Shown: positions 55,294 to 64,000 of the stretch, in pieces
Numbering within the stretch: the first letter of the stretch is position 1
How the letters are laid out: each line of letters opens with the position of its first letter
Assembly (NCBI GenBank): GCA_051874735.1
Contig: JBJEGD010000031.1
Coordinates: forward strand, 159,759-223,758
DNA: 64,000 bases
Direction: 5' to 3'
Origin: Candidatus Bruticola sp.
GTDB taxonomy: Bacteria; Vulcanimicrobiota; Xenobia; Xenobiales; Xenobiaceae
The notes under the pieces: model-generated
The model's input: the letters and a program-made list of their open reading frames with translations, nothing else
The model's database searches: none
Told to the model about the DNA's origin: nothing
Made by a program: the position numbers and the translations under genes

Positions 55294-56949
55294 TTATAAG
55301 CTGCTACCAAGTATAGCTAGCAAAACACCAGCAGCCACTGCAGAACCGATTACGCCGGAAACGTTAGGGCCCATGGCGTGCATGAGCAAGAAGTTGCGGG
55401 GATTGGTTTCTAAACCAACTTTGTTAACTACACGAGCGGCCATAGGCACAGCGGATACACCAGCAGCCCCAATTAAGGGGTTAATGGGATCTTTGCTGAG
55501 CTTGTTCATAAGTTTGGCTAAAAGGACGCCAGATGCAGTACCTACGCAGAAGGCGATTAAGCCCAACAGCAATATACCCAAAGTTTCTGGAGTAAGGAAC
55601 TTATCGGCAGCTAATTTTGAACCTACGGCTGTACCCAGCATAATGGTAACGATGTTGCACAACGCATTCTGCATAGTATCAGAGAGTCTGTTAACCACAC
55701 CGCATTCACGAGCTAAATTTCCGAACATCAGAGCGCCGATAAGCGGAGCAGCCGAGGGCAGAAGTAAAGCGCAAAGCAGAAGAACCATCAGAGGGAAGAT
55801 AATTTTTTCTGCTTTAGAAACAGGGCGCAGCTGGCGCATAACAATGTTGCGTTCAGCTTCAGTAGTAAGGGCCTTCATAATAGGAGGCTGAATAATAGGG
55901 ACCAAAGCCATGTAAGAATAAGCGGCTACAGCAATAGAGCCCAGCAGATCTGGGGACAACCTAGAAGTTAGGAAGATAGCTGTAGGACCGTCAGCACCGC
56001 CAATAATACCGATTGAGGCGGCATCTTGCAGATTAAACTGGATAAAAGGAATGTACTCAGAAAGTACGAGGGCGCCGAGCAGGGCGAAGAAAATACCAAA
56101 CTGAGCAGCTCCGCCCAACAGAGCTGTGCGTGGGTTGGCAATAAGCGGACCAAAATCGGTCATAGCTCCTACTCCCATGAAAATAAGCAAGGGGAATAGG
56201 CCCGTCTCAATACCAGCACTGTATATTACGTAGAGGAAGCCACCTGGCTCAGAAATACCGGCATTAGGGATGTTGGAGAGCAAACCACCTATGCCAATAG
56301 GCAGAAGCAGCAAAGGCTCGAACTCTTTAACTATAGCTAAGTAGATTAGTATCAAGCTGACGCCGATCATAATTAGCATCTTGAGTCCGTGTACGGTTGC
56401 AAAGGCTGAAAGACCTGTAGAAGCCCAAATAGTCCGCCCCGTTTCAGCCAAAGACTTAATATGCACTTCTTTAGATGCCGAAGTAGCAGCTTCAGGAGCA
56501 ATATATGCCGCAGCATGGTTACTGCCAGTCACAGACGCTTCTTCAGGAACAGATTTATACTCAGACTGTTGAGAATTCTCTCCTGAAGCTGTTTCAGGTG
56601 CAGGCGCGTATTCAACTGACGATTCAGCATTATTGTTGGTCCCATTTTCATGGGGAACTGACTCATGATCCTGAAGCGGAGGTTGATCTGCTTGAACGTT
56701 GACTGCAGGAGCAGCTTCTTCAGGAGCAGCTAGTTGGCTGCCATCTTGAGGATAAATTTCAACATTTGGGTTACTCTTATCTGAGGGATAAGCAGTATCG
56801 CCAGCAGTTGGTTGAGCCGGCTCAGGAGTGGGGGCTTGAGCATATACGGGAGAGTGCAAAGTTAAAAGCAAGGTAATTGCTAATATAATTTGCAAAAGTT
56901 TACCCATATTTGCCAAGCAGTTGGCACGGGAATTACTTTTTACACTCAT
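55294..56949 (-). CDS. oadB: Na+-translocating decarboxylase beta subunit with long N-terminal extension
   Basis: [73 protein letters not shown] before ATG 56949. Confidence 0.93.
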   Translation of the reverse strand: MSVKSNSRANCLANMGKLLQIILAITLLLTLHSPVYAQAPTPEPAQPTAGDTAYPSDKSNPNVEIYPQDGSQLAAPEEAAPAVNVQADQPPLQDHESVPHENGTNNNAESSVEYAPAPETASGENSQQSEYKSVPEEASVTGSNHAAAYIAPEAATSASKEVHIKSLAETGRTIWASTGLSAFATVHGLKMLIMIGVSLILIYLAIVKEFEPLLLLPIGIGGLLSNIPNAGISEPGGFLYVIYSAGIETGLFPLLIFMGVGAMTDFGPLIANPRTALLGGAAQFGIFFALLGALVLSEYIPFIQFNLQDAASIGIIGGADGPTAIFLTSRLSPDLLGSIAVAAYSYMALVPIIQPPIMKALTTEAERNIVMRQLRPVSKAEKIIFPLMVLLLCALLLPSAAPLIGALMFGNLARECGVVNRLSDTMQNALCNIVTIMLGTAVGSKLAADKFLTPETLGILLLGLIAFCVGTASGVLLAKLMNKLSKDPINPLIGAAGVSAVPMAARVVNKVGLETNPRNFLLMHAMGPNVSGVIGSAVAAGVLLAILGSSL

Positions 56950-56956
56950 TTTTACC

Positions 56957-58834
56957 TCACTCGACATAGGCTACAATAGAGTCCGCAGTAATAAGATCAC
57001 CGGGCTCAACTTCGATAGACTTGATAGTTCCGACGCAATCAGACTTAATTTCCATTTCCATCTTCATCGCTTCAATGAAGAGAATAGTATCTTCTTTCTT
57101 CACACTAGTTCCTGGGCCGGCTTTAATGCGAATAACAGTACCAGGAAGAGGAGAAGTTATAGCGTGAGCCGTGCCTGATGCTGCGGGAGAGGGAGAATGG
57201 GCTGGAGCGGCGGCGGGAGCTGCTGCAGCAGGAGCAGGAGCGGCAGCGGGAGCTGCTGCTGAACCGTTTTCTGCTACTGTATAGCCATAATCTTTGCCAT
57301 TCACCAGTACGCGTCCGTCTTTGACAGTTACGTCGTAAGAACTGCCCTGGACACTTATGGTAAGGTGTTCAGGAACTTTTTTGACTGGTGCCGGAGCAGG
57401 AGCTGCTGCAGGAGCGGCGGCTTTCTTCTCCTCTTTGTAGCGAACGTTTACATGGCCTTTGCCCTTAAGGAAGAAGATACCCTTTTCTGCGCAGGCAGAA
57501 ACTATGAACAGATTTTCTTCAGTAACCGGCAGATTGTTTTCTTCCAGTTTCTTTTTAATAGTAGAAACTTTTTTGCTTTCGTCAGCGTCGTTAATTTCTA
57601 AGACAGGACGAGTGTTAATAGGCAAACCGAGTTGTTCTGAAGCGAGTTTTTGCAATTCCGGATCGGGAGTATGGGGAGTCCGGCCAAAGTAGCCCAAAAC
57701 CATGCGGCCGTAACCATCGGTAATTTTCTTCCAAGGACCATTTTTAACGTTGCTGTAAGCTTGCTGAATATAGAACTGGGAGACAGGAGTTACAGAAGTT
57801 CCAAAACCGCCTCTTCTGACGCATTCGCTCATTGCTTCGACGAGTTTGGGGAAAAGATGGAGCTCATTATTATCACGCATCATCTGCGTATTGGCAGTGA
57901 GGGCGCCGCCGGGAACGGGGCTCCAAGGTATAATGGGCAGTACTGCTTGACTTTCTGGAGGAAGCAGATATTTACTCATGCACTCTTGGGTAATGCGCTC
58001 AGCTTCTCGTACTTTATCTATATCTACATCGAGGCAGTATTCGCTATCGCGGAAGTTATGCCACATAGTTAAAATGTCTGGCTGGGACGTTCCGCCTGAC
58101 ATAGGCTGAATAGATAAATCTATAGCATTAGTTCCAGCTTCAATAGCAGCCATATATCCGGTGATACATCCGTCAGCGGTGCAATGAGAGTGGAAATCGA
58201 TATAGGCGTCGGAACCTAAAATGGCGCGTGCTCTCTTAATTGTTTCATGTACAATGCGTGGAGGAGTTGTGCCGCTGGCATCTTTGAAGCAAATACTGTC
58301 AAAAGGAATTCCGGCTTGTAAAATTTTGCGCAAAATGCCTTCATAGAAGTCCGGAGTGTGGGCTCCAGTCAACCCAGGAGGCAGTCCCATCAAAGTTATA
58401 GTAATTTGATGTTTTAAACCAGCTTCAACAATGCATTTGCCGCTGTAAATTAAGTTTTCAACATCGTTCAAAGCATCGAAGTTTCTGATAGTGGTAACAC
58501 CGTGCTTTTTAAAAAGGCGGGCATGCAGTTTAATAAAATCGCTGCATTGGCTGGTCAGACCAACTACATTGACGCCACGAGCTAAAGTTTGAAGATTTAT
58601 ATCCGGCCCCATAAGAGTGCGGATTTCGTCCATAGCTGTAAAAGGATTCTCGTTGCAGTAGAAAACTTTGGACTGGAAGATAGCTCCGCCGCCGTGTTCA
58701 AACCATTTGATGCCGGCATCTTTGCAAGCTTCCATGGCAGGCAAGAAATCCTTATTTAGTACTCTGGCGCCATAACAAGATTGGAAACCGTCGCGGAAGG
58801 CGGTACACATGAAATCGATAACTTTTTTACCCAT
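56957..58834 (-). CDS. oadA: Oxaloacetate decarboxylase alpha-type subunit (carboxyltransferase plus biotin carrier)
   Basis: RDGFQS, FDALND, FKDASG, HSH, PGGA, SVTPVSQ, Ala/Pro linker, EAMKM. Confidence 0.9.
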   Translation of the reverse strand: MGKKVIDFMCTAFRDGFQSCYGARVLNKDFLPAMEACKDAGIKWFEHGGGAIFQSKVFYCNENPFTAMDEIRTLMGPDINLQTLARGVNVVGLTSQCSDFIKLHARLFKKHGVTTIRNFDALNDVENLIYSGKCIVEAGLKHQITITLMGLPPGLTGAHTPDFYEGILRKILQAGIPFDSICFKDASGTTPPRIVHETIKRARAILGSDAYIDFHSHCTADGCITGYMAAIEAGTNAIDLSIQPMSGGTSQPDILTMWHNFRDSEYCLDVDIDKVREAERITQECMSKYLLPPESQAVLPIIPWSPVPGGALTANTQMMRDNNELHLFPKLVEAMSECVRRGGFGTSVTPVSQFYIQQAYSNVKNGPWKKITDGYGRMVLGYFGRTPHTPDPELQKLASEQLGLPINTRPVLEINDADESKKVSTIKKKLEENNLPVTEENLFIVSACAEKGIFFLKGKGHVNVRYKEEKKAAAPAAAPAPAPVKKVPEHLTISVQGSSYDVTVKDGRVLVNGKDYGYTVAENGSAAAPAAAPAPAAAAPAAAPAHSPSPAASGTAHAITSPLPGTVIRIKAGPGTSVKKEDTILFIEAMKMEMEIKSDCVGTIKSIEVEPGDLITADSIVAYVE

Positions 58835-58876
58835 ATCTACTCCTTGAGGGCGTTGCTTTAAAAGATAGTGAGTTTT

Positions 58877-59137
58877 TTATTTTACAGAGAGGCCAAACTC
58901 ACGCTGGGCTATAGCGATCACCGCAGCAATCTTGTCGCCGTCGGCAGCTTCTGCCGGTGGAGCAGAAACTTTAGGGGCAGCTACGGGGGAGGCAGGTTTA
59001 GCAGGCGGTGCGGCAGGCTCTGGAGCATACTTGCGTACTAAACTGCTGGTCCAGGAAGTCAGACAGACCAGAATGGCTAAGAAGCAAAATACTACGAGCA
59101 TACCGATAACTGTTATGATTAGACCTTCAACTATCAT
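58877..59137 (-). CDS. oadG: Decarboxylase gamma subunit
   Basis: GLIITVIGMLVVFCFLAIL TM segment, Ala/Pro linker, IAAVIAIA; ATG 59137. Confidence 0.88.
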   Translation of the reverse strand: MIVEGLIITVIGMLVVFCFLAILVCLTSWTSSLVRKYAPEPAAPPAKPASPVAAPKVSAPPAEAADGDKIAAVIAIAQREFGLSVK

Positions 59138-59426
59138 AAACTCATAAAATCGGGTTGAGCTCAAACTCACCCGACTTCCTTTCGGTAAATTCTCCTGCGG
59201 AGTTTTGGGATTAGCAAAGTAAATCCTGCTCAAATACGGTCTGCTATTGAGAAGTAGAGAACTATGAATAGTGAAGGATAGGTATAGCAGTGAGGTTATA
59301 TCTTAAATATTGTAAGTTTGATCTGCAGCTGTTGGGCCTGCAGGAATATAGATAGGTACCGATCAAATTTCTACAGCTATACTAAATATTATGTTGAAAT
59401 CATTATAATTTTAGGAAAAATGGGAA

Positions 59427-60284
59427 GTGAGTCCGATGAATATTAAAATTTTTAAACGTATTGATTCTACCAATTCAGAAATGAAAAGAAGAGCTGCTAA
59501 GCAGAAGCTAGCTAAAGATTGGTCTATTATGTCTTATTGTCAGACTGCAGGACGAGGACGGGGACAGCGTACGTGGAATGCTTTGCCTAATGAGAGTTTA
59601 GCCGCTAGTTATTGGATCGATGTCTCGAATTGGGAAAATAAAAGTTTAATAGGAGTATTGCCTCTGCTGGCTGGTTTAGCTGTGTCCGAAGCAGCAGAAA
59701 AGCGCCTGCGCTCGTTAAATAGAGAGGCTTGTCAGATTGAACGCATTGGACTTAAGTGGCCTAATGACGTTTTAATAAAAGATGTTGGCAAATTATCAGG
59801 CGTACTTTGCGAGTTAATTAAAAATGAGCAAAATTTTGGTGTGGTTGTTGGTATAGGAATAAATTTACAAGACAGATGTGGTCGTTTGAAAAATTTGCCT
59901 CAGTCGGCAGCTGTGTGGCACAACGTATTTAAAGATTATTGGCCCGTAAAAGAAGCTTTTATAAATGTTGGCTCTGTATTGTTTAAGTTGGCAGATTGTC
60001 TAGTAACTGAGGGGTTTGCGCCTATAGCAGAGAAATGGTATCAGCGTTGTCTGCATAAAGATTCAGAAATTAGAGTGAAAAAAAATCTATCAGCTACAGA
60101 CGTTGATTTTCTCAACAGTAGTGTAAGTTTCAATAATAAGGCAAATACTTTATCAGATAATTCTGATTCAGAGGTTATCTGTGGTTTTATGGCGGGTTTG
60201 GGGTTAAATGGCGAATTGCTGCTCACTTCTGCTGAGGATAAGATTGAAAAAGTCACTATTGGCGATGTCTCTTTCCAGTGTTAA
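59427..60284 (+). CDS. birA: Biotin-protein ligase without DNA-binding domain
   Basis: IDSTN, QTAGRGRGQRTW, KWPNDV, KLSGVL, GIGIN. Confidence 0.92.
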   Translation: MSPMNIKIFKRIDSTNSEMKRRAAKQKLAKDWSIMSYCQTAGRGRGQRTWNALPNESLAASYWIDVSNWENKSLIGVLPLLAGLAVSEAAEKRLRSLNREACQIERIGLKWPNDVLIKDVGKLSGVLCELIKNEQNFGVVVGIGINLQDRCGRLKNLPQSAAVWHNVFKDYWPVKEAFINVGSVLFKLADCLVTEGFAPIAEKWYQRCLHKDSEIRVKKNLSATDVDFLNSSVSFNNKANTLSDNSDSEVICGFMAGLGLNGELLLTSAEDKIEKVTIGDVSFQC

Positions 60285-60394
60285 GCTATTGATTGCAGTT
60301 TTTGTTCACTTAAAAAAACTCATTAAGCGATCTTATAAGGTTGCATGGACAGTTTAATTTATTATTTTAACTTTTGTGAGGTAAAGAGCACTTT

Positions 60395-61546
60395 ATGGCA
60401 CGTTCCGAGCGGATAACTCTTCAGGAAGCTTCTGAACTTAGTGGCGTTTCTATTCCTACTATTTACAGGCGCATCAGGAGCGGTGAGCTTAAAGGGGCAA
60501 TATGTATAGACGCTAGCGGCAAACATTGGGAACTTTTTAAGAGCGATTTGGACAAATTAACTCTCAAGCGTAAAAAGCGCTCTGCCTTGTCAGCTGCCCT
60601 TAAGGCAACCGCGGAGCTATCTGCCCTAGCTGATAATTCCTCAGTGGAAGTAGAGCCGTTAAAAGTACTTGAACTCAAGGCAAATAATGTTTGTGCGTTA
60701 GATGATAGTTCAGCAGATAAATCTAGTTCATGTTTTGATGAAAGTTTTATGTGTGAACTTGATAAGCTGAAAAGTCGCTGTGCTGAGCTAGAAAACAGCG
60801 AAAAAGAGCTGCAAAGGATGCTAGAAGCGGCTAAAGATGAAGCTTCATATTGGCACGGACGCTGCGATCAAATTAGTTTAGATTTTGAAACTTTGCGTCA
60901 AGTTTTGCTAGATAAAAATAATGATGATCAAGAGCTTATTTGGGATTTGCGCGAGCAAGTGGCTGATCTTCAGGAAAATTTAGAGAGTACCCAAAGTTAT
61001 TATGCTGGACTCGTGAGTGACCTGCCTAATAATGCCGATAATATGCCAGTTAGGCAAACTACAGAGAAAGTAGATCGTTCTGATATAGAAGCCGATCTAA
61101 ATAATTCTGTTGACTCTGAAGCAGAGGAGAACAATTCTAAATCGGAAGTAAAAGATTCTGATAATAAAAATTTTGCGAAAAAGATAATTGCAGACGACGT
61201 TTCGCTAACAGAAGAACAATTGCCAGAGCTGTCTGATATTGAGGCAGACACTGCAGAGGCCCCGGGTGATATAATCTCTAGTGCAGATGAATATCAAATT
61301 GAGAGTGATAAATTGTTAGTAGATAATCAGGCGGTTAATTCTGTAGAGGAAGAATTCCACAAAAAAGCTGCTGCTGATAAGCAAGAAATATCTGAACCCT
61401 ATAGTCTCAATGAAGAGGGGAACTATTTAGCTAACGGAGTTAAAGCACAGCCCCGCGATCAAGCTCACAGGGCTGTCAAATACGAAATGGCTCATCATAA
61501 GGGGCGCATCAGGAAAGGTCGTAAACGTATTCCCCCGCTACGTTAG
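60395..61546 (+). CDS. N-terminal HTH (excisionase/MerR-like), coiled-coil and acidic disordered region
   Basis: ITLQEASELSGVSIPTIYRRIRSGEL; heptad-like central region; D/E-rich tail with a basic end. Confidence 0.7.
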   Translation: MARSERITLQEASELSGVSIPTIYRRIRSGELKGAICIDASGKHWELFKSDLDKLTLKRKKRSALSAALKATAELSALADNSSVEVEPLKVLELKANNVCALDDSSADKSSSCFDESFMCELDKLKSRCAELENSEKELQRMLEAAKDEASYWHGRCDQISLDFETLRQVLLDKNNDDQELIWDLREQVADLQENLESTQSYYAGLVSDLPNNADNMPVRQTTEKVDRSDIEADLNNSVDSEAEENNSKSEVKDSDNKNFAKKIIADDVSLTEEQLPELSDIEADTAEAPGDIISSADEYQIESDKLLVDNQAVNSVEEEFHKKAAADKQEISEPYSLNEEGNYLANGVKAQPRDQAHRAVKYEMAHHKGRIRKGRKRIPPLR

Positions 61547-61595
61547 TTGTTTTATCGCGTTAACCGTATAAACTCATCTTAGTGTAAAGTTGACT

Positions 61596-63464
61596 TTAAG
61601 CTCTTGAGAGTAACTGCTCAGTTTGTTCTTTGAGCTTGAGCCAATCTTCATGGTTAATAAAGTCGGCAGCGGCGAGCTGTTCTGCTTTATTTAAAGACTG
61701 TTGAGCCTTTTCCCATTTCTGCAGATAAGCTTGGCAAAGAGGCAGATAACTGTAGATTAAGCCTTGTTCGGAATTTACTTCGTCTCCCGTTAAAGATAAG
61801 AAGGCTTCTTCTGATTTTTGGTATTGGCCCATCTCAAAACAGCCTAAAGCCAAATTTATGCGGGCTTCTCTATTCTGCGGATTTAAATTGAGAACTTCTT
61901 GCCATAAATGGGCCGCTTCGTTGAGTTTGTGCTGACGAGCTAAGGCTATACCCATATTTATGCGGGCGTCTTCATTTTGAGAATCTGAATTTAAAGACGC
62001 CTGAAATGAGGCTACAGCGTTGTTTAGCTGACCTAAAGCGGTATAAATAAGTCCTTTGTTATTGTAAGCATACTTATCTCCTGGGCGTATATCTAACGCC
62101 TGATCTAAAGCCATAATAGCTTCGGTAAGACAGCCTGCAGCCAAATAAGCCAAACCTAAATTGTTGTAAGTATCGGCGTCGTTTTTATCTAACTGAATTG
62201 CTTTCTGGTAATATTCCACAGCTTTTCTAGGTTGCCCCAAGTGAGCGTAGCATTGGCCTAAACTGCGCAAGGCCGCAATATTAAGTGAATTTACTTTGAG
62301 CACTTCCTGGTAATGAAGAGCCGCTCCAGCGTCATCGTGCTGCAGACTCATAGCTAAGCCCAGGTTGCAGTGGGCGGTTTCATCTTCAGCCTTTACAGTA
62401 AGAACTCGGTGTAGTATAGAAATCGCTTCACTAATTTTGCCGCAGTTTATTAAGCATAGTCCTAAACTATTGAGCACATTATAATTTTGGGGATCTAATC
62501 TATAGGCCCGTCGCAGGGCGTTTTCTGCTTCCTCAGTTCGATTGAGAGCCATGTAGGCTCGGCCTATATTGTCGTAGAGGTAGGGGTCGTGAGAACCTAA
62601 CTTTAAAGCCATTTGGTAATAACTAATAGCTTCTTTCCAGCGCCGTTGCATGGCCAAAGCGCGCCCTAAATTATGACAGCTTTTGGCTTCTTGAGGATTC
62701 GCTTCCACGGATCGGCGAAAGTAAATTTCTGCTTCAGTAAAATTGCCTTCTTGACTAAGAATTTTTCCTAGGGAATTAAGAGCAAAACTATTGTTGGGTT
62801 TTAATTGCAAGGCTTTGCTGAAAAATTCTTTGGCCTTGTAAAACGCTTCCGTCTTCTCATAAAGATAAGCCAGATTATTTAAAGCATGAACATCTTGGGC
62901 GTCAGATTGAAGGACAGTCTGGAATTCATGCTCAGCTCGCTTAAACTGACCTGAGCGCATGAGTAGTAGTCCTAAGCTGTTGTGAGCATATTTATTATTA
63001 TCTGCGTCAATCGCTTTTAGATAAGCCTGTTCCGCTTCCTCTATTCTTCCCAGACTGGCATAGAGAATACCCATATTGTAGTATATCTCTCCGCAGTTAT
63101 CTTTTATGGAAACGGCATGCTGCCAAGTTGACAAGGCGCGCTCGAAATCGCCTAATTTGGAATATATAATGCCTATATTGTTCAACGACAAATAATCACA
63201 AGGATTTTGCTCTACCAAAAGCTCATACTGCTTTAAAGCTTTTGTATTTTCTCCCCGATCCCAATATATGATCCCTAAGTAGTTAAGCACTTGAATATCT
63301 TGGGGAGCTTCTTGAGCAGCTTTATCCCAATAAAAGAGGGCTTCGTTAAGGTCGCCCTCTTCATATAAGGTCGTACCTATTTTTTTGAGCAGTTCCAAAT
63401 TGTGGGGCTCAAGAGCAAGCTTGTTTTTAAGTTCTTGTAAATTGGGGAGTGTCTGTGCGGGCAT
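61596..63464 (-). CDS. TPR-repeat protein (about 16 repeats)
   Basis: Regular 34-aa repeats, e.g. YNNLGLAYL..EAI..ALDIRP; AAGGAG SD. Confidence 0.92.
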   Translation of the reverse strand: MPAQTLPNLQELKNKLALEPHNLELLKKIGTTLYEEGDLNEALFYWDKAAQEAPQDIQVLNYLGIIYWDRGENTKALKQYELLVEQNPCDYLSLNNIGIIYSKLGDFERALSTWQHAVSIKDNCGEIYYNMGILYASLGRIEEAEQAYLKAIDADNNKYAHNSLGLLLMRSGQFKRAEHEFQTVLQSDAQDVHALNNLAYLYEKTEAFYKAKEFFSKALQLKPNNSFALNSLGKILSQEGNFTEAEIYFRRSVEANPQEAKSCHNLGRALAMQRRWKEAISYYQMALKLGSHDPYLYDNIGRAYMALNRTEEAENALRRAYRLDPQNYNVLNSLGLCLINCGKISEAISILHRVLTVKAEDETAHCNLGLAMSLQHDDAGAALHYQEVLKVNSLNIAALRSLGQCYAHLGQPRKAVEYYQKAIQLDKNDADTYNNLGLAYLAAGCLTEAIMALDQALDIRPGDKYAYNNKGLIYTALGQLNNAVASFQASLNSDSQNEDARINMGIALARQHKLNEAAHLWQEVLNLNPQNREARINLALGCFEMGQYQKSEEAFLSLTGDEVNSEQGLIYSYLPLCQAYLQKWEKAQQSLNKAEQLAAADFINHEDWLKLKEQTEQLLSRA

Positions 63465-63480
63465 AAAGAACAGCTCCTTT

Positions 63481-63999
63481 TTATTTGTGCTCTAAATTAG
63501 AAACAACCTTTAAAACACCGCTTATCTTATTTATATCTTCGGCACTACCTTGAACGAAGATAATATTAAGCAGCGGATCTACTTTAAAAATTGCTTTGGG
63601 ATAAAGCTTAATTAAGCTTTCTGCTATAGTAGCAGCGCTGCGCTCCTTGATGGGGAAATAGGCGAAATGATCTTGTACAACTATAGTTGGCTTAGCAATT
63701 TCGTTACCTGTTTCCTTAACATCCGCTGTTTCAGTTTTATTGCTAGTTTCAGCTTTCTGAACTTTTTGCTCAGTAGTGGCTGTTTCAGTTTTATTGCTAG
63801 TTTCAGCTTTCTGAGTTTTTTGCTCAGCAGTGGTTGCTTCAGTTTTATTGCTAGTTTCAGCTTTCTGAGTTTTTTGCTCAGCAGTGGTTATTTCAGTTTT
63901 ATTGCTAGTTTCAGCTTTCTGAGTTTTTTGCTCAGCAGTGGTTATTTCAGTTTTATTGCTAGTTTCAGCTTTCTGAGTTTTTTGCTCAGCAGTGGTTAT
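63481..63999 (-). CDS. Partial ORF (absent from the track): 18-aa tandem repeats then a secretin-N/NolW-like domain
   Basis: Manual translation: (ITTAEQKTQKAETSNKTE)n..FAYFPIKERSAATIAESLIKLYPKAIFKVDPLLNIIFVQGSAEDINKISGVLKVVSNLEHK-stop at 63481. Confidence 0.75.
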   Translation of the reverse strand: MTTAEQKTQKAETSNKTEITTAEQKTQKAETSNKTEITTAEQKTQKAETSNKTEATTAEQKTQKAETSNKTETATTEQKVQKAETSNKTETADVKETGNEIAKPTIVVQDHFAYFPIKERSAATIAESLIKLYPKAIFKVDPLLNIIFVQGSAEDINKISGVLKVVSNLEHK

Positions 64000-64000
64000 T
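63729..64000. repeat. 54-bp tandem repeat, at least 5 copies, running off the window edge
   Basis: TCAGTTTTATTGCTAG recurs at 63731, 63785, 63839, 63893 and 63947. Confidence 0.95.

Noticed and set aside
55166-55891. 241-aa plus-strand ORF and other short overlapping ORFs in the track
   Set aside because: Antisense or alternate-frame shadows of confident genes (oadB, leuS, thrC, M20, NRPS), with no motifs; this one also crosses a terminator.
60395-60560. Excisionase marking a prophage or ICE
   Set aside because: The HTH is fused to a long coiled-coil protein, and there are no integrase or phage genes nearby.
63729-64000. 54-bp repeat as a CRISPR array
   Set aside because: Head-to-tail copies without unique spacers; the period is a multiple of 3 and in frame with a minus-strand ORF; no cas genes.

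Overview
Gene-dense, moderately AT-rich bacterial chromosomal segment from a probable diderm: it has a porin, a lipoprotein and a secretin-N-like domain, alongside Terrabacteria-style genes such as the chorismate mutase-DAHP synthase fusion. The lineage cannot be fixed from the sequence alone. Housekeeping content: tRNA-Ser(GCT), rpsF-ssb-rpsR-rplI-dnaB, leuS, thrC, selD, oadGAB with divergent birA, a PglC/PglE/PglF-like sugar operon and several peptidases. No transposase, integrase, phage block or CRISPR array was seen. The most unusual region is 49.1-55.2 kb. It contains a lipoprotein behind a riboswitch-like leader, two tandem RTX-repeat/M91 (NleD-like) metalloproteases that share a bipartite upstream motif and lack Sec signals, and a catalytically degenerate Fic protein. 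Other notable items: a histidine kinase divergent from a receiver-Ser/Thr kinase fusion; a stand-alone A-T-C-A-T-R NRPS; a porin-selD pair; DnaB with an SSB-like acidic tail; and a partial ORF at the right edge with 54-bp tandem repeats plus a secretin-N-like domain. All calls are by eye from motifs; no searches or folding programs were run.
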